Below the pieces are notes generated by a model. The model worked only from the letters and a program-made list of their open reading frames with translations, did not search any database and was not told where the DNA came from. A program made the translations under genes and the position numbers. A stretch of 64,000 bases of DNA from a bacterium (GTDB taxonomy: Bacteria; Cyanobacteriota; Vampirovibrionia; Gastranaerophilales; JBAXKC01), in NCBI GenBank assembly GCA_037137535.1, contig JBAXKC010000001.1, forward strand, positions 280,584 through 344,583, in the 5' to 3' direction. Positions 1 to 8,672 of this stretch are shown here, piece after piece. How positions within the stretch are numbered: position 1 is the stretch's first letter; each line of letters starts with the position of its first letter.

Positions 1-73
1 TTAAATTAATCCAAAATAATAACAGACAATAAAAAGCTAAACAAAATCAAAAAATAAAATATTTTTAATATGC

Positions 74-102
74 AAAAAGAACTCCCAATGGGAGCTCTTT
101 TT
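74..102 (-). terminator. Rho-independent terminator after zinc-ribbon gene
   Basis: aaaaagaactccc-aat-gggagctcttttt hairpin with A/T tails just past the stop at 135. Confidence 0.75.
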
Positions 103-134
103 GTTGAACCTTTTTACGTAGGCTATATAAATTC

Positions 135-422
135 CTAGTAGGAATTTGAATAGCAAGATTTACATAATACAGGTCTGTCGCTTGATGGTTTGAAAGGAAC
201 TTGAGCAGCTCCACCACAATCGGAACATACAGCATCGTACATTCTTTTTTGTTGGAATCCACCAGCACTTCTTCCGCCACCTTTTCTAGCGCTACGGCAA
301 GGCTTACATCTTTTTGGTTGGTTTGTTAAACCTTTTGATTCGTAAAATTCTTGCTCGCTTACTGTGAAATCAAATTCACAACCACAGTCTGCACATTGTA
401 AAGTAATGTCTTGATACGCCAT
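135..422 (-). CDS. Small zinc-ribbon protein (zf-trcl-like + CxxC-x17-CxxC domain)
   Basis: CADC...CKPC and CSDC-x17-CKSC motifs; F-T-x-x-EQ-x-FY-x-x-KG signature; AGGAGG SD upstream. Confidence 0.9.
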   Translation of the reverse strand: MAYQDITLQCADCGCEFDFTVSEQEFYESKGLTNQPKRCKPCRSARKGGGRSAGGFQQKRMYDAVCSDCGGAAQVPFKPSSDRPVLCKSCYSNSY

Positions 423-583
423 TATAGGCCTCCTTTTGTTAATCGATACGCTTTGAATGAGGCCTAGATAATGATATTTAACTGGCTTACTTCAAAAAAG
501 CTATCTTTTTAGTATGTAACTATCTCACTTGAGATTATAAGAAATCCTGCTTCCAAGCAAATAATTTCTTACAACTAAGACTT

Positions 584-614
584 ATTATATAACAAATAGT
601 TCCACTTATGTCAA
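584..614 (-). promoter_or_regulatory. Sigma70-type promoter of zinc-ribbon gene
   Basis: Minus strand TTGACA (614-609), 17 nt, then TATATA (591-586) preceded by TGn, overlapping TATAAT (589-584). Confidence 0.6.
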
Positions 615-755
615 CACCCAAAATAAAATATTTTTTTAAATAAAACAAAATATCCATAGATAGTTGATATAAAAGGACCTTTAAAAAACATTGAACTTAA
701 TAAATTAAAATATACCCGCCACAGATTCAATAAACTTATCCATAAAATTTCAAAC

Positions 756-799
756 AAAAAGAAACTTCTACTATCCTAAAATAGAGAAGTTTCTTTTTT
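756..799 (-). terminator. Rho-independent terminator
   Basis: aaaaagaaacttct ... agaagtttcttttt inverted repeat right after the stop at 815. Confidence 0.75.
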
Positions 800-814
800 C
801 AATTTACTTATTAA

Positions 815-2473
815 TTAAAATTTAAATTTTAATCCTGCTTGAGCCGAATAATCACCGTTGTCTAAAACATATGATAAGTTAGCATATGGATTTAATCCGT
901 TATCTTTATTTCCTGATAATTCAAGATCAAATTGTGGTGTTACGTTGCGTCCTGACTCAAGAGGTATATTTACAGCTACTCCCGCATTAACATTCACATC
1001 AGGAATACTTAAGTTAGGATATTTTGCTCTGTCCTCAACAGGAATACCAAAAGCATTATTATTGTAGAAAGCTCCTGCTCTTACATAAGGGGTATTACTA
1101 AATCCTGTTGTTTGACCTATAACTCCAAGATCTTTTGAAATTTGAGAACCATCATTAAATTTAGCAACTAAAGAACCTGATGTTTGAGTGTTATAAGGGT
1201 TATTTAAATTCAAACCAAGCCCTAATCCTAATCCATATCTTTCATTAGTAGTCGGATTGTTTTTATCGTCAAAAAGTTTATTTCCAATGTTTAAATTTGC
1301 TTGTAAAACTGCTTCACCTCTTGCAGGAGTTGTATCCACAGATAAACCTGTTCCAATTGAGCCATCATTATTTAGCTTTTCAGTTCTAAATGAAATAGCA
1401 GGATCTGTTGGCAATAATTGATTATTTGTTGAAAGTCCTAATCCTGTATTAACTATAATTCCTTCTTTTGTTTTTGGATCAACAGGTGCGTTTGTTAGGG
1501 TGCTTGCGACAGGAGAACCAAGCCTTTTATTTGAAGTAACTAAACTTATTTGAGGCTGTTCCGGAGGAGTAGGTTTATCTTCGGGCTTTGTAGGCTCTAC
1601 CGGTTTAGGATCTACGGGTTTTGTTGCGTCTGGAGTATCATAAGAACTGCTTAAGAGTTCCATTACGTTTTGATTTGTAATTTCTTTTCCATTTACATTT
1701 CCACAAAAATTCCAATGTCCAAAAGCTTCATCTTTTAATACTTGGACAGAATCACCATTTGGCATAAAGATAGCATACATTGTTTCATTATCTCTTTTTA
1801 TTCTTGCTCCGTTAGGGAAAGATATTTCTTGCCCCGGCTGAATATCTTTACCATCAACCTTTAATGTATTTGAGCCTTCATTTATTTGAATATTATTTCC
1901 GCCGATTTTTATATTGCCGCTTGTTATGCCTTCATTTCCATTTGGCAATTTTCTTACGTTTACATCGATTGAATAATCTTTATCGCCTAAGTTTTCAGCA
2001 TTAGCATCATGGTTTACAAAATTTGTAGGCTTATTTAGAGTTGATACATCTGAAACTAGACCTGTTGCATCATTATTTCCTTTTACGGTCAAAAGATTTA
2101 AATTTTCATATAATCCTTTTGGAATATCAACAGTAGTCTTGTCATGAGTTGCATTAGGGTCGCTACCTGATCCCCAGAAGAAACCCGGTAACTTTGTTGT
2201 TGTAGGCTGAGAGACTGACTTTATATCTGTACTAAAATGTCTTGCTGCATTTGCAGCTTCTACTGTTTTTTCAAAATCCGCAAAACCACTTTTAAAATCA
2301 GTGCTATTCATCAAGTTCTCTAAAGAATTTGCAGGAATATTAATACCATCCTTTTTCCAGATACTTGCCTGATCAGCCACAGCCTTTTTCTCAGCTCCGG
2401 GAACAAGTCCGGTGTTTAAAGTTACAGGTGCCTTACCTACGAGCTGACTAGCCTGATTAATGAATTCTCCCAT
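815..2473 (-). CDS. Orphan protein: beta-rich (VWD-like) domain, Pro-rich linker, putative C-terminal beta-barrel
   Basis: Long ORF; likely start MGEFINQ at 2473 (AAGGAG SD) rather than 2551; PVDPKPVEPTKPEDKPTPPEQP linker; alternating amphipathic strands ending YSAQAGLKFKF. Confidence 0.7.
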   Translation of the reverse strand: MGEFINQASQLVGKAPVTLNTGLVPGAEKKAVADQASIWKKDGINIPANSLENLMNSTDFKSGFADFEKTVEAANAARHFSTDIKSVSQPTTTKLPGFFWGSGSDPNATHDKTTVDIPKGLYENLNLLTVKGNNDATGLVSDVSTLNKPTNFVNHDANAENLGDKDYSIDVNVRKLPNGNEGITSGNIKIGGNNIQINEGSNTLKVDGKDIQPGQEISFPNGARIKRDNETMYAIFMPNGDSVQVLKDEAFGHWNFCGNVNGKEITNQNVMELLSSSYDTPDATKPVDPKPVEPTKPEDKPTPPEQPQISLVTSNKRLGSPVASTLTNAPVDPKTKEGIIVNTGLGLSTNNQLLPTDPAISFRTEKLNNDGSIGTGLSVDTTPARGEAVLQANLNIGNKLFDDKNNPTTNERYGLGLGLGLNLNNPYNTQTSGSLVAKFNDGSQISKDLGVIGQTTGFSNTPYVRAGAFYNNNAFGIPVEDRAKYPNLSIPDVNVNAGVAVNIPLESGRNVTPQFDLELSGNKDNGLNPYANLSYVLDNGDYSAQAGLKFKF

Positions 2474-2894
2474 CTTAATACTCCTTTTATAAATTTTACA
2501 TTTTAAATATTTCGTATATATTTCGTATATATTTATAAAAACATTTCGCATGAAAAAATTGCCTGTTAAAAGCCAATATTCATGTTTTTACCATAATTTT
2601 TATAAGAAAATACTACTAAACACTTTAATTACAGACCATTTGACAAATCTAAAGTTTTGTAACATTTGCTTGCGAATTATTAATTTTTTAGTCAAATAAA
2701 GAAATACCTCTTTATTGTTTGTTTTTTTATAATAAAGCATTAAAATTTAATTAAAATCAAACAATTAATTAAGTTTTAATCTATTTCAATAACCTTAGAG
2801 ATTAAAATTCAGTTTAAAAACAAAAAAATAATGCTCTATCAATTAAGAACATATTTTATTCCCCAAAATATATTTATTTTATTTAATCTAAGAA

Positions 2895-2923
2895 TTGACC
2901 AATGACAATAAATTCTCTATAAT
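2895..2923 (+). promoter_or_regulatory. Sigma70 promoter of the pilin/tail-collar operon
   Basis: TTGACC(2895-2900)-N17-TATAAT(2918-2923). Confidence 0.7.
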
Positions 2924-3039
2924 GAGATATATAGTTGAATCTACATGAATCAAACAAAAGAAATCACAATAAAATCACCATAACATCAGAAACTGACTTT
3001 CAAAAATTGTAATATTGTAAAAAAATAGGGCTGGATTGT

Positions 3040-3924
3040 TTGAAAATTAAAAATAAAAAATTATATTTTAAGACTGGCTTAACTCTTGTAGAGTCTTTAT
3101 TTGTTATGGTAATAATGAGTACAGTTTTAATATCCAGTATTCCTATTTTTGCCAATAAAAAAATACTTAGAACAGACACTCCAAATATTGGAATTGTGGC
3201 AATTTGGGCAAACCCCGGAGCCATTCCTTCAAACTTTCTTGAATGTAACGGACAAGCATATAACGTAGCTGACTATCCTGATTTATTCAACATTATTGGA
3301 ACGTCCTACGGTGGAGCAGGCTCAACTTTTAATGTCCCAAACTTACAGGGAAGAACTGCAATAGGAGCAGGAACTGGAGCTGGACTTACAAATAAAGTAT
3401 ATCAAACAACAGTAGGCTCTGAGGAAGAAAGTCTTACATTAGCTCAACTTCCAAACCATGTTCATATCTTTAACGACCCTGGACACAAACACTGGGACTC
3501 AGGACATGCTCATGGAACAAGCGACCCTGGACACAAACACTGGGACTACGGACATTCTCACACTTTATGGGATGGCTGGCACAGTCATTATTATAGAGAT
3601 GTTTATTATTCTGAGTTTGGCTCAACTCCTGTCCCATGGGACATAGGAACAAATGCCAGAAGTGATTATGACAATAAAGGTCTTGAAATTCGCAGAAATA
3701 CAAACTGGACCGGCTCGAATATCGGAATATATAATGGTTATGCAAATGTATCCTATCAAAGTAGCAATCTTGCCGCTTCTACTAATAACGGTAATGCTTC
3801 CATTCAATCAGCTCTAAGCAATGTAACCGTACCTGTAAGCGGTGGAAGTGGAACTGCAACAGGAAATCCTCATGAAAATATGCTTCCTTTTAGAGCTTTA
3901 AGATATATTATTAGAGCAAAATAA
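3040..3924 (+). CDS. Prepilin N-terminus + phage tail-collar/His-rich tail fibre protein (paralog 1)
   Basis: G|LTLVE..P22 prepilin motif; collar motif IPSNFLECNGQ..YPDLF..IG..YG..FNVPNLQGR; six HxH; C-terminal HENMLPFRALRYIIRAK. Confidence 0.88.
   Translation: MKIKNKKLYFKTGLTLVESLFVMVIMSTVLISSIPIFANKKILRTDTPNIGIVAIWANPGAIPSNFLECNGQAYNVADYPDLFNIIGTSYGGAGSTFNVPNLQGRTAIGAGTGAGLTNKVYQTTVGSEEESLTLAQLPNHVHIFNDPGHKHWDSGHAHGTSDPGHKHWDYGHSHTLWDGWHSHYYRDVYYSEFGSTPVPWDIGTNARSDYDNKGLEIRRNTNWTGSNIGIYNGYANVSYQSSNLAASTNNGNASIQSALSNVTVPVSGGSGTATGNPHENMLPFRALRYIIRAK
3474..3547 (+). repeat. 26-bp perfect intragenic direct repeat (48-nt period)
   Basis: cgaccctggacacaaacactgggact at 3474-3499 and 3522-3547 (DPGHKHWD twice). 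Confidence 0.9.
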
Positions 3925-3965
3925 TAACTGATTAATAATTACGTTTCATAAGAAAAGAGGCTGGA

Positions 3966-4943
3966 TTGACAAGAAATCTTAATACTAAAAAATCACTTAA
4001 ATTTCCAAGAAATGGTTTAACTATTTCAGAAGTATTAGTTGTTATGGTTTTATTTGGTGTTATTGCTGTTTCTTCTATACCTGCTTTTACTTCTAATGAA
4101 ACTCAAAACAGAGATTTAATAGCAAGTATTGGAAGTATTATGCTATGGGCAGGTAATGGAAATCCTCCGCCTAATTTTGTTGAATGTAATGGACAATCAC
4201 TCAACAAAGCTGATTATCCACTATTATTTGGTGTTATCGGAAATACCTACGGTTCTACAGCAACAAAATTCAACGTTCCTGACATAAGAGGCAGAGCCGT
4301 AATAGGGGCAGGACAGGGAACAGACCCAAGTCCCTATTCAGGAGTAAGCCCAAACCTGACTCTTAGAAATTTTAAAGATATAGGCGGAACTGAAACTGTC
4401 ACTCTTACAGCCGCTGATTTGCCTAATCATGCTCATGGAGTAACAGATCCCGGACATACTCATTCAGATGCGGGGCATGCCCATTCGGTTGCAGACTATG
4501 GACATTCTCATGTTGATTGGGGGCATGTTCACTCAGTATGGGATGGCGGACATTCTCATTACTATGATGATATTTATTATGCAGAAAGTATGGGTTATGC
4601 TAAATGGATATCAGGTGGTGGAGCAAATCCACATGGATATAATCACCCAAGCCCTAACGGACCTTTTGTTGGTAATGGACAAGGAGATTGGACAGACTTT
4701 GACAATGGCGGACATGATATGGGACGTTGGACAAATGCTTCACCTTCGAATTTAGCTCTTTATCCAGGCTATGCAAACCTTACCTATAATGGAACAAATG
4801 TAACCTTTGGGACAGGCTATGCTAATCTTACCTCTAATTCGGCAAACCTCACAATAGTTCCCAGCGGAGGAAGTAATCCGGTTACTCCGCATAATAATTT
4901 GTCAGCTGCTCTTGTATTAAAATATGTAATTAAAGCCCGATAA
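3966..4943 (+). CDS. Prepilin N-terminus + phage tail-collar/His-rich tail fibre protein (paralog 2)
   Basis: G|LTISE..P22; PPNFVECNGQ..YPLLF..IG..YG..FNVPDIRGR; six HxH; ends LKYVIKAR. Confidence 0.88.
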   Translation: MTRNLNTKKSLKFPRNGLTISEVLVVMVLFGVIAVSSIPAFTSNETQNRDLIASIGSIMLWAGNGNPPPNFVECNGQSLNKADYPLLFGVIGNTYGSTATKFNVPDIRGRAVIGAGQGTDPSPYSGVSPNLTLRNFKDIGGTETVTLTAADLPNHAHGVTDPGHTHSDAGHAHSVADYGHSHVDWGHVHSVWDGGHSHYYDDIYYAESMGYAKWISGGGANPHGYNHPSPNGPFVGNGQGDWTDFDNGGHDMGRWTNASPSNLALYPGYANLTYNGTNVTFGTGYANLTSNSANLTIVPSGGSNPVTPHNNLSAALVLKYVIKAR

Positions 4944-4973
4944 AACATAATACGCTTATAGAAAGAGGACAGG

Positions 4974-5864
4974 ATGTTAAATTCTTTAAAAATTAAAAAT
5001 AAGAATAAAAGATTTGGACTATCTCTTACAGAAGCGTTAGTTGTTTTAATGGTTGCAGGTGTTGCAGTTGCTGCCTCTATGCCAACAATGTCGGTAAAGA
5101 CATTACTTAAAACTAATTCAGATGTAAGTATAGGTGCTATTGTAATATGGGCAAACAATGGAGCTATTCCTGCTAATTACCTTGAATGTAACGGCCAAAC
5201 CGTAAACAAAGCAGATTATATAAACTTATACAGTATTATTAGCGGTACTTATGGACAAACGGCAACTCAATTCAATGTTCCCGATTTAAGAGGCAGGACT
5301 GTTATTGGAATGGGAAAAATAAGTGCCTTGAGCAAACAACGTAATTTTAATGATGTGGGTGGTAAAGAAAAAGTAAGACTTATTGATACAAATTTACCTG
5401 CTCATTCCCATATAGTTAACGACCCGGGTCATACTCATGCAGACCTCGGGCATACTCATCCTGTTTATGATCCGGGGCATAAACACTGGGATTATGGTCA
5501 TAGCCATGGAGTATGGGATGGTGGACATAGCCATGAATATGGCGATATATATTTTTCAGAATCATGGGGCTGGGTTCCGACACCTGATGGTTTTGGACAC
5601 TGTGCTAAAAGCGATAATGACAACTATGGTTTTCAAATGGGACGCTATACTGATCTAGCCACAAGTAATATTGGTGTTTATCCTGGTAATGCAAATTTCA
5701 CAACAGAACATACAGGTGTTTCAGCTGCTACAGGTACGGCAAATCTTGGCAATTCAGTCACAGGTGTTAACTTAAACGCACCTGCAACAGGTGGCGACGA
5801 TAATAATCTTCATGAAAATATGCCGCCGTTTTACACATTGAGATATATCATTAGAGCAAGATAA
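4974..5864 (+). CDS. Prepilin N-terminus + phage tail-collar/His-rich tail fibre protein (paralog 3)
   Basis: G|LSLTE..P22; IPANYLECNGQ..FNVPDLRGR; six HxH; ends HENMPPFYTLRYIIRAR. Confidence 0.88.
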   Translation: MLNSLKIKNKNKRFGLSLTEALVVLMVAGVAVAASMPTMSVKTLLKTNSDVSIGAIVIWANNGAIPANYLECNGQTVNKADYINLYSIISGTYGQTATQFNVPDLRGRTVIGMGKISALSKQRNFNDVGGKEKVRLIDTNLPAHSHIVNDPGHTHADLGHTHPVYDPGHKHWDYGHSHGVWDGGHSHEYGDIYFSESWGWVPTPDGFGHCAKSDNDNYGFQMGRYTDLATSNIGVYPGNANFTTEHTGVSAATGTANLGNSVTGVNLNAPATGGDDNNLHENMPPFYTLRYIIRAR

Positions 5865-5888
5865 CTAATTTTTTATATTAAATATATT

Positions 5889-5925
5889 AAAAGAGCTGTT
5901 AAACTTAAAAATTAACAGCTCTTTT
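5889..5925. terminator. Bidirectional terminator
   Basis: aaaagagctgttaa / ttaacagctctttt 14-bp inverted repeat between convergent genes. Confidence 0.85.
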
Positions 5926-5949
5926 TGATAAATAATATAATAATGCCTT

Positions 5950-6543
5950 TTAATGCTTTTCCAACTCATTTTTTATAGCCTTTAACGTTGTAGGCAAGGT
6001 GTTGTTAAGCCCATAAGAACGTAAAAAAGACGGTAAATAGAAACCAAGATCAATATACATTGTATAGGTTAATATAGAATTACCCTGATACGGTTCGATT
6101 TCCCAAGATCCGTATAATTCTTTAAAAGAACCTTCAGTTCTTTTATATATAATTGTTTTAGTTCTTTCATTTTCATCTAAATGCAATGTATATTGAAATA
6201 CGGGTAAAGCAGGAGCTGTTTTAAGTGAAACCTGCACCTTTTGGAAATTATGTCCTTTTGCAAGAATTTTATTTTGACGAACCCCAGGGACTATTCGCCC
6301 CATTCTTTCCTGATTTTCAAGTAAAGCCCATACTTTTTCAGGTGATGAATGAATTAATACTTTTCCTTCAGTTCCTTTTAAATCACCCTTGCAATTAAAA
6401 AATCTTAAAGCGACTTCACCCTTTTGCAATCTTGTAATATTTTCTATTGCCATTGCTTTATTTGGAAATTGCATTGAGAAAATCAAGGATGGGATAATAA
6501 TAAGACTCATAAGTCCGTAATGTAGTTTGAGTTTTGTATTCAT
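5950..6543 (-). CDS. SRPBCC (polyketide cyclase/START-like) family protein with N-terminal signal/TM
   Basis: IHSSPEKVWALL...GSFKELYGSWEIEP pattern. Confidence 0.75.
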   Translation of the reverse strand: MNTKLKLHYGLMSLIIIPSLIFSMQFPNKAMAIENITRLQKGEVALRFFNCKGDLKGTEGKVLIHSSPEKVWALLENQERMGRIVPGVRQNKILAKGHNFQKVQVSLKTAPALPVFQYTLHLDENERTKTIIYKRTEGSFKELYGSWEIEPYQGNSILTYTMYIDLGFYLPSFLRSYGLNNTLPTTLKAIKNELEKH

Positions 6544-6625
6544 ATTTAACCTAGCGTTTTAATAATCTTAAACTACTAGGTTATTGTAAACACTTTTTAT
6601 AGTCAACAAATAATACACTACAAAC

Positions 6626-7510
6626 TTAACAATTATCTATTTTCTTATAATTTGTTAATATCCAACTTTTTGACTTAATTTTTTCCTGTAGAATCAAATC
6701 TTGTGTTGTTAAAAACTCGATATATCTAGGATTTTTAGGATTAAGATCTTTAAATTTACAGGGATGAATAAGCATTTCAGTAATACAATTTTTGTCTTTA
6801 ATACTGTTTAAGCCTGATTCAATAGTTTGTGAGTCCATAAACCCTGTATAAGCTACACCGATTATGTAATCATTTGTTTTAACACCATATTGAGCAGCAG
6901 TTTTATGATTTATTGCTGATAAATGATTAAGCAGAGCCACTTTTATAGTATTTAAAGGATACCAGAGGTTTAAATGCTTTTGCAGTTGCGGGACTACATA
7001 AGGTTTTTCATATTGAGTCCTTACGTAAGTAATATTATATTCTTTAGCAAGTTTACATGTAATTTCAAATATTGGGGGAATAGCATGGATATGAACATGT
7101 GAATTCAAATGATCGACTTCAACTTGAGAAAGAATAAGTTCTATTTGATTTCTGAAGTCGTGTTCAATTTCTAGCAATAATTTTTTATTTTTTGATTTTG
7201 CAAGAAGAGAATGAAAACTATTTTGATAAGTTCCATCTGAAGAACATAATAACGAAGAAGCAGAATAATTTTTCAGAGTTGTTTTGCCTTCCATTATATT
7301 TAAGTGAACGCCAAGCCCCATCTCCTCACATTCAGGAAGCACTTCTTTTATAGCATGCTCAAAAGCCTCTCCATTTGCACAAAGACATGCACTTGTGAGA
7401 AAACCTTCTTTATATCCAATTTTTACGCCTTCGTTAAAATCTTTATTTATACCAAAATCATCAGCATTAAAAATAAGTAATTTTTTATTGCCCGAACTCT
7501 CCAACTTCAT
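6626..7510 (-). CDS. ChbG/HpnK/YdjC family carbohydrate deacetylase
   Basis: LIFNADDFG, GLGVHLN, DHLNSHVHIH, EMLIHP motifs. Confidence 0.9.
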   Translation of the reverse strand: MKLESSGNKKLLIFNADDFGINKDFNEGVKIGYKEGFLTSACLCANGEAFEHAIKEVLPECEEMGLGVHLNIMEGKTTLKNYSASSLLCSSDGTYQNSFHSLLAKSKNKKLLLEIEHDFRNQIELILSQVEVDHLNSHVHIHAIPPIFEITCKLAKEYNITYVRTQYEKPYVVPQLQKHLNLWYPLNTIKVALLNHLSAINHKTAAQYGVKTNDYIIGVAYTGFMDSQTIESGLNSIKDKNCITEMLIHPCKFKDLNPKNPRYIEFLTTQDLILQEKIKSKSWILTNYKKIDNC

Positions 7511-7646
7511 TTATAATGCTCCAAAATAAGTTTATTAAACTACTTTTATAACTAGGGAATAATTTATTCTTATATTAAACTCAGACTCATTATATTATAA
7601 TAATTGTAGATTGTAATAATTTTTAAATTAATAAAATGGTGGATAT

Positions 7647-8600
7647 ATGCAAAATCCTATTTTGGCGATAGTTATTCCATGTTTTAACGAACAGGATTTA
7701 ATAAAAAGCACGATTAACAGTTTACTTTGTAAAATTAAAGAACTGTCAAATTCAAATATCATAAGTGATGAAAGTTTTTTATATTTTATAGATGATGGTA
7801 GTCACGATGAAACGTGGAATATTTTGCAAAAATCCAACCAAGAAAATTCTAAAGTAAAAGCACTTAAACTTTCAAGAAACTTTGGAAATCAAAATGCTTT
7901 ACTAGCAGGACTTTTAGGAGTTCAGGCGCTTAATCCCGATTGTGTAATAACAATGGATGCCGACCTTCAGCAGGATGAAAACAGTATTAAAGAATTCATA
8001 GAAAAATACAAAAACGGTGCGGATATTGTCTGCGGAATAAGAAAAGACAACGAAACTTATTCAATTTTCAAAAATTGCACTTCAGTTTTATTCTATAAAT
8101 TAATGAACTTAATGGGGGCAAAAATTGCTGAAAATCATTCTGATTACAGGTTGATAAACAAAAAAGTCCTTAATGTATTAGCCGAATACAAAGAAGTAAA
8201 TTTATTTCTTAGAGGAATTTTTAACGAATTAGGCTTTAAAACAGAACATGTTTATTTTGATGTAAAACCCCGAGCAATAGGTCAATCAAAGTTTGGAATT
8301 TTAAAGCTGTTGTCGCTTGCGTTAAGCGGTATTACTTCCTTCAGTATAGTTCCATTAAGGATAGTCTCAGTTATAGGGTTATTAATGTCATTTTTTAGCT
8401 TTTTAATGGGAGTAGAGGTTATATACGAAAAAGTCTTTGGAACAGGAGTTATTCCTGGTTGGGCAACAATTGTAGTTGCTGTTTGCTTTATAGGCGGTGT
8501 TCAAATTTTCTGTACGGGTATTATCGGTGAATATTTAGGACAAGTCTACAAGGAAACAAAGGCAAGACCTAGATATGTAAAAGATATTGAGCTTTTATAA
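7647..8600 (+). CDS. GT2 polyprenol-phosphate glycosyltransferase (GtrB/ArnC-like)
   Basis: IVIPCFNE, IDDGSHD, SRNFGNQNALLAGL, MDADLQ; two C-terminal TMs; GEYLGQVYKETKARPRY. Confidence 0.92.
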   Translation: MQNPILAIVIPCFNEQDLIKSTINSLLCKIKELSNSNIISDESFLYFIDDGSHDETWNILQKSNQENSKVKALKLSRNFGNQNALLAGLLGVQALNPDCVITMDADLQQDENSIKEFIEKYKNGADIVCGIRKDNETYSIFKNCTSVLFYKLMNLMGAKIAENHSDYRLINKKVLNVLAEYKEVNLFLRGIFNELGFKTEHVYFDVKPRAIGQSKFGILKLLSLALSGITSFSIVPLRIVSVIGLLMSFFSFLMGVEVIYEKVFGTGVIPGWATIVVAVCFIGGVQIFCTGIIGEYLGQVYKETKARPRYVKDIELL

Positions 8601-8620
8601 ATTATCTTACTTTTAATATT

Positions 8621-8658
8621 AAAAAAACAGCCTGTTTTAAAAAAATAGGCTGTTTTTT
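8621..8658. terminator. Bidirectional terminator
   Basis: aaaaaacagcct..aggctgtttttt hairpin between convergent genes. Confidence 0.8.
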
Positions 8659-8672
8659 ATAGTTACTTAATT

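Noticed and set aside
2508-2534. Tandem repeat tatttcgtata x2.4 as a CRISPR or iteron
   Set aside because: Only two short units with no spacers; at most a local duplication or binding site
2474-2551. N-terminal 26-aa extension of the 815-2551 ORF
   Set aside because: A strong SD precedes ATG 2473; the extension overlaps the putative promoter motif and an 11-bp tandem repeat (2508-2534)
3457-5651. Diversity-generating retroelement or shufflon acting on the fibre tips
   Set aside because: No reverse transcriptase, recombinase, adenine-specific template/variable repeat pair or inverted crossover sites seen; paralogs differ at all base types
3040-5864. Prophage, tailocin or contractile injection system
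   Set aside because: Only collar/fibre domains are present, each fused to a prepilin signal; no sheath, tube, baseplate, capsid, lysis or integrase genes in the window
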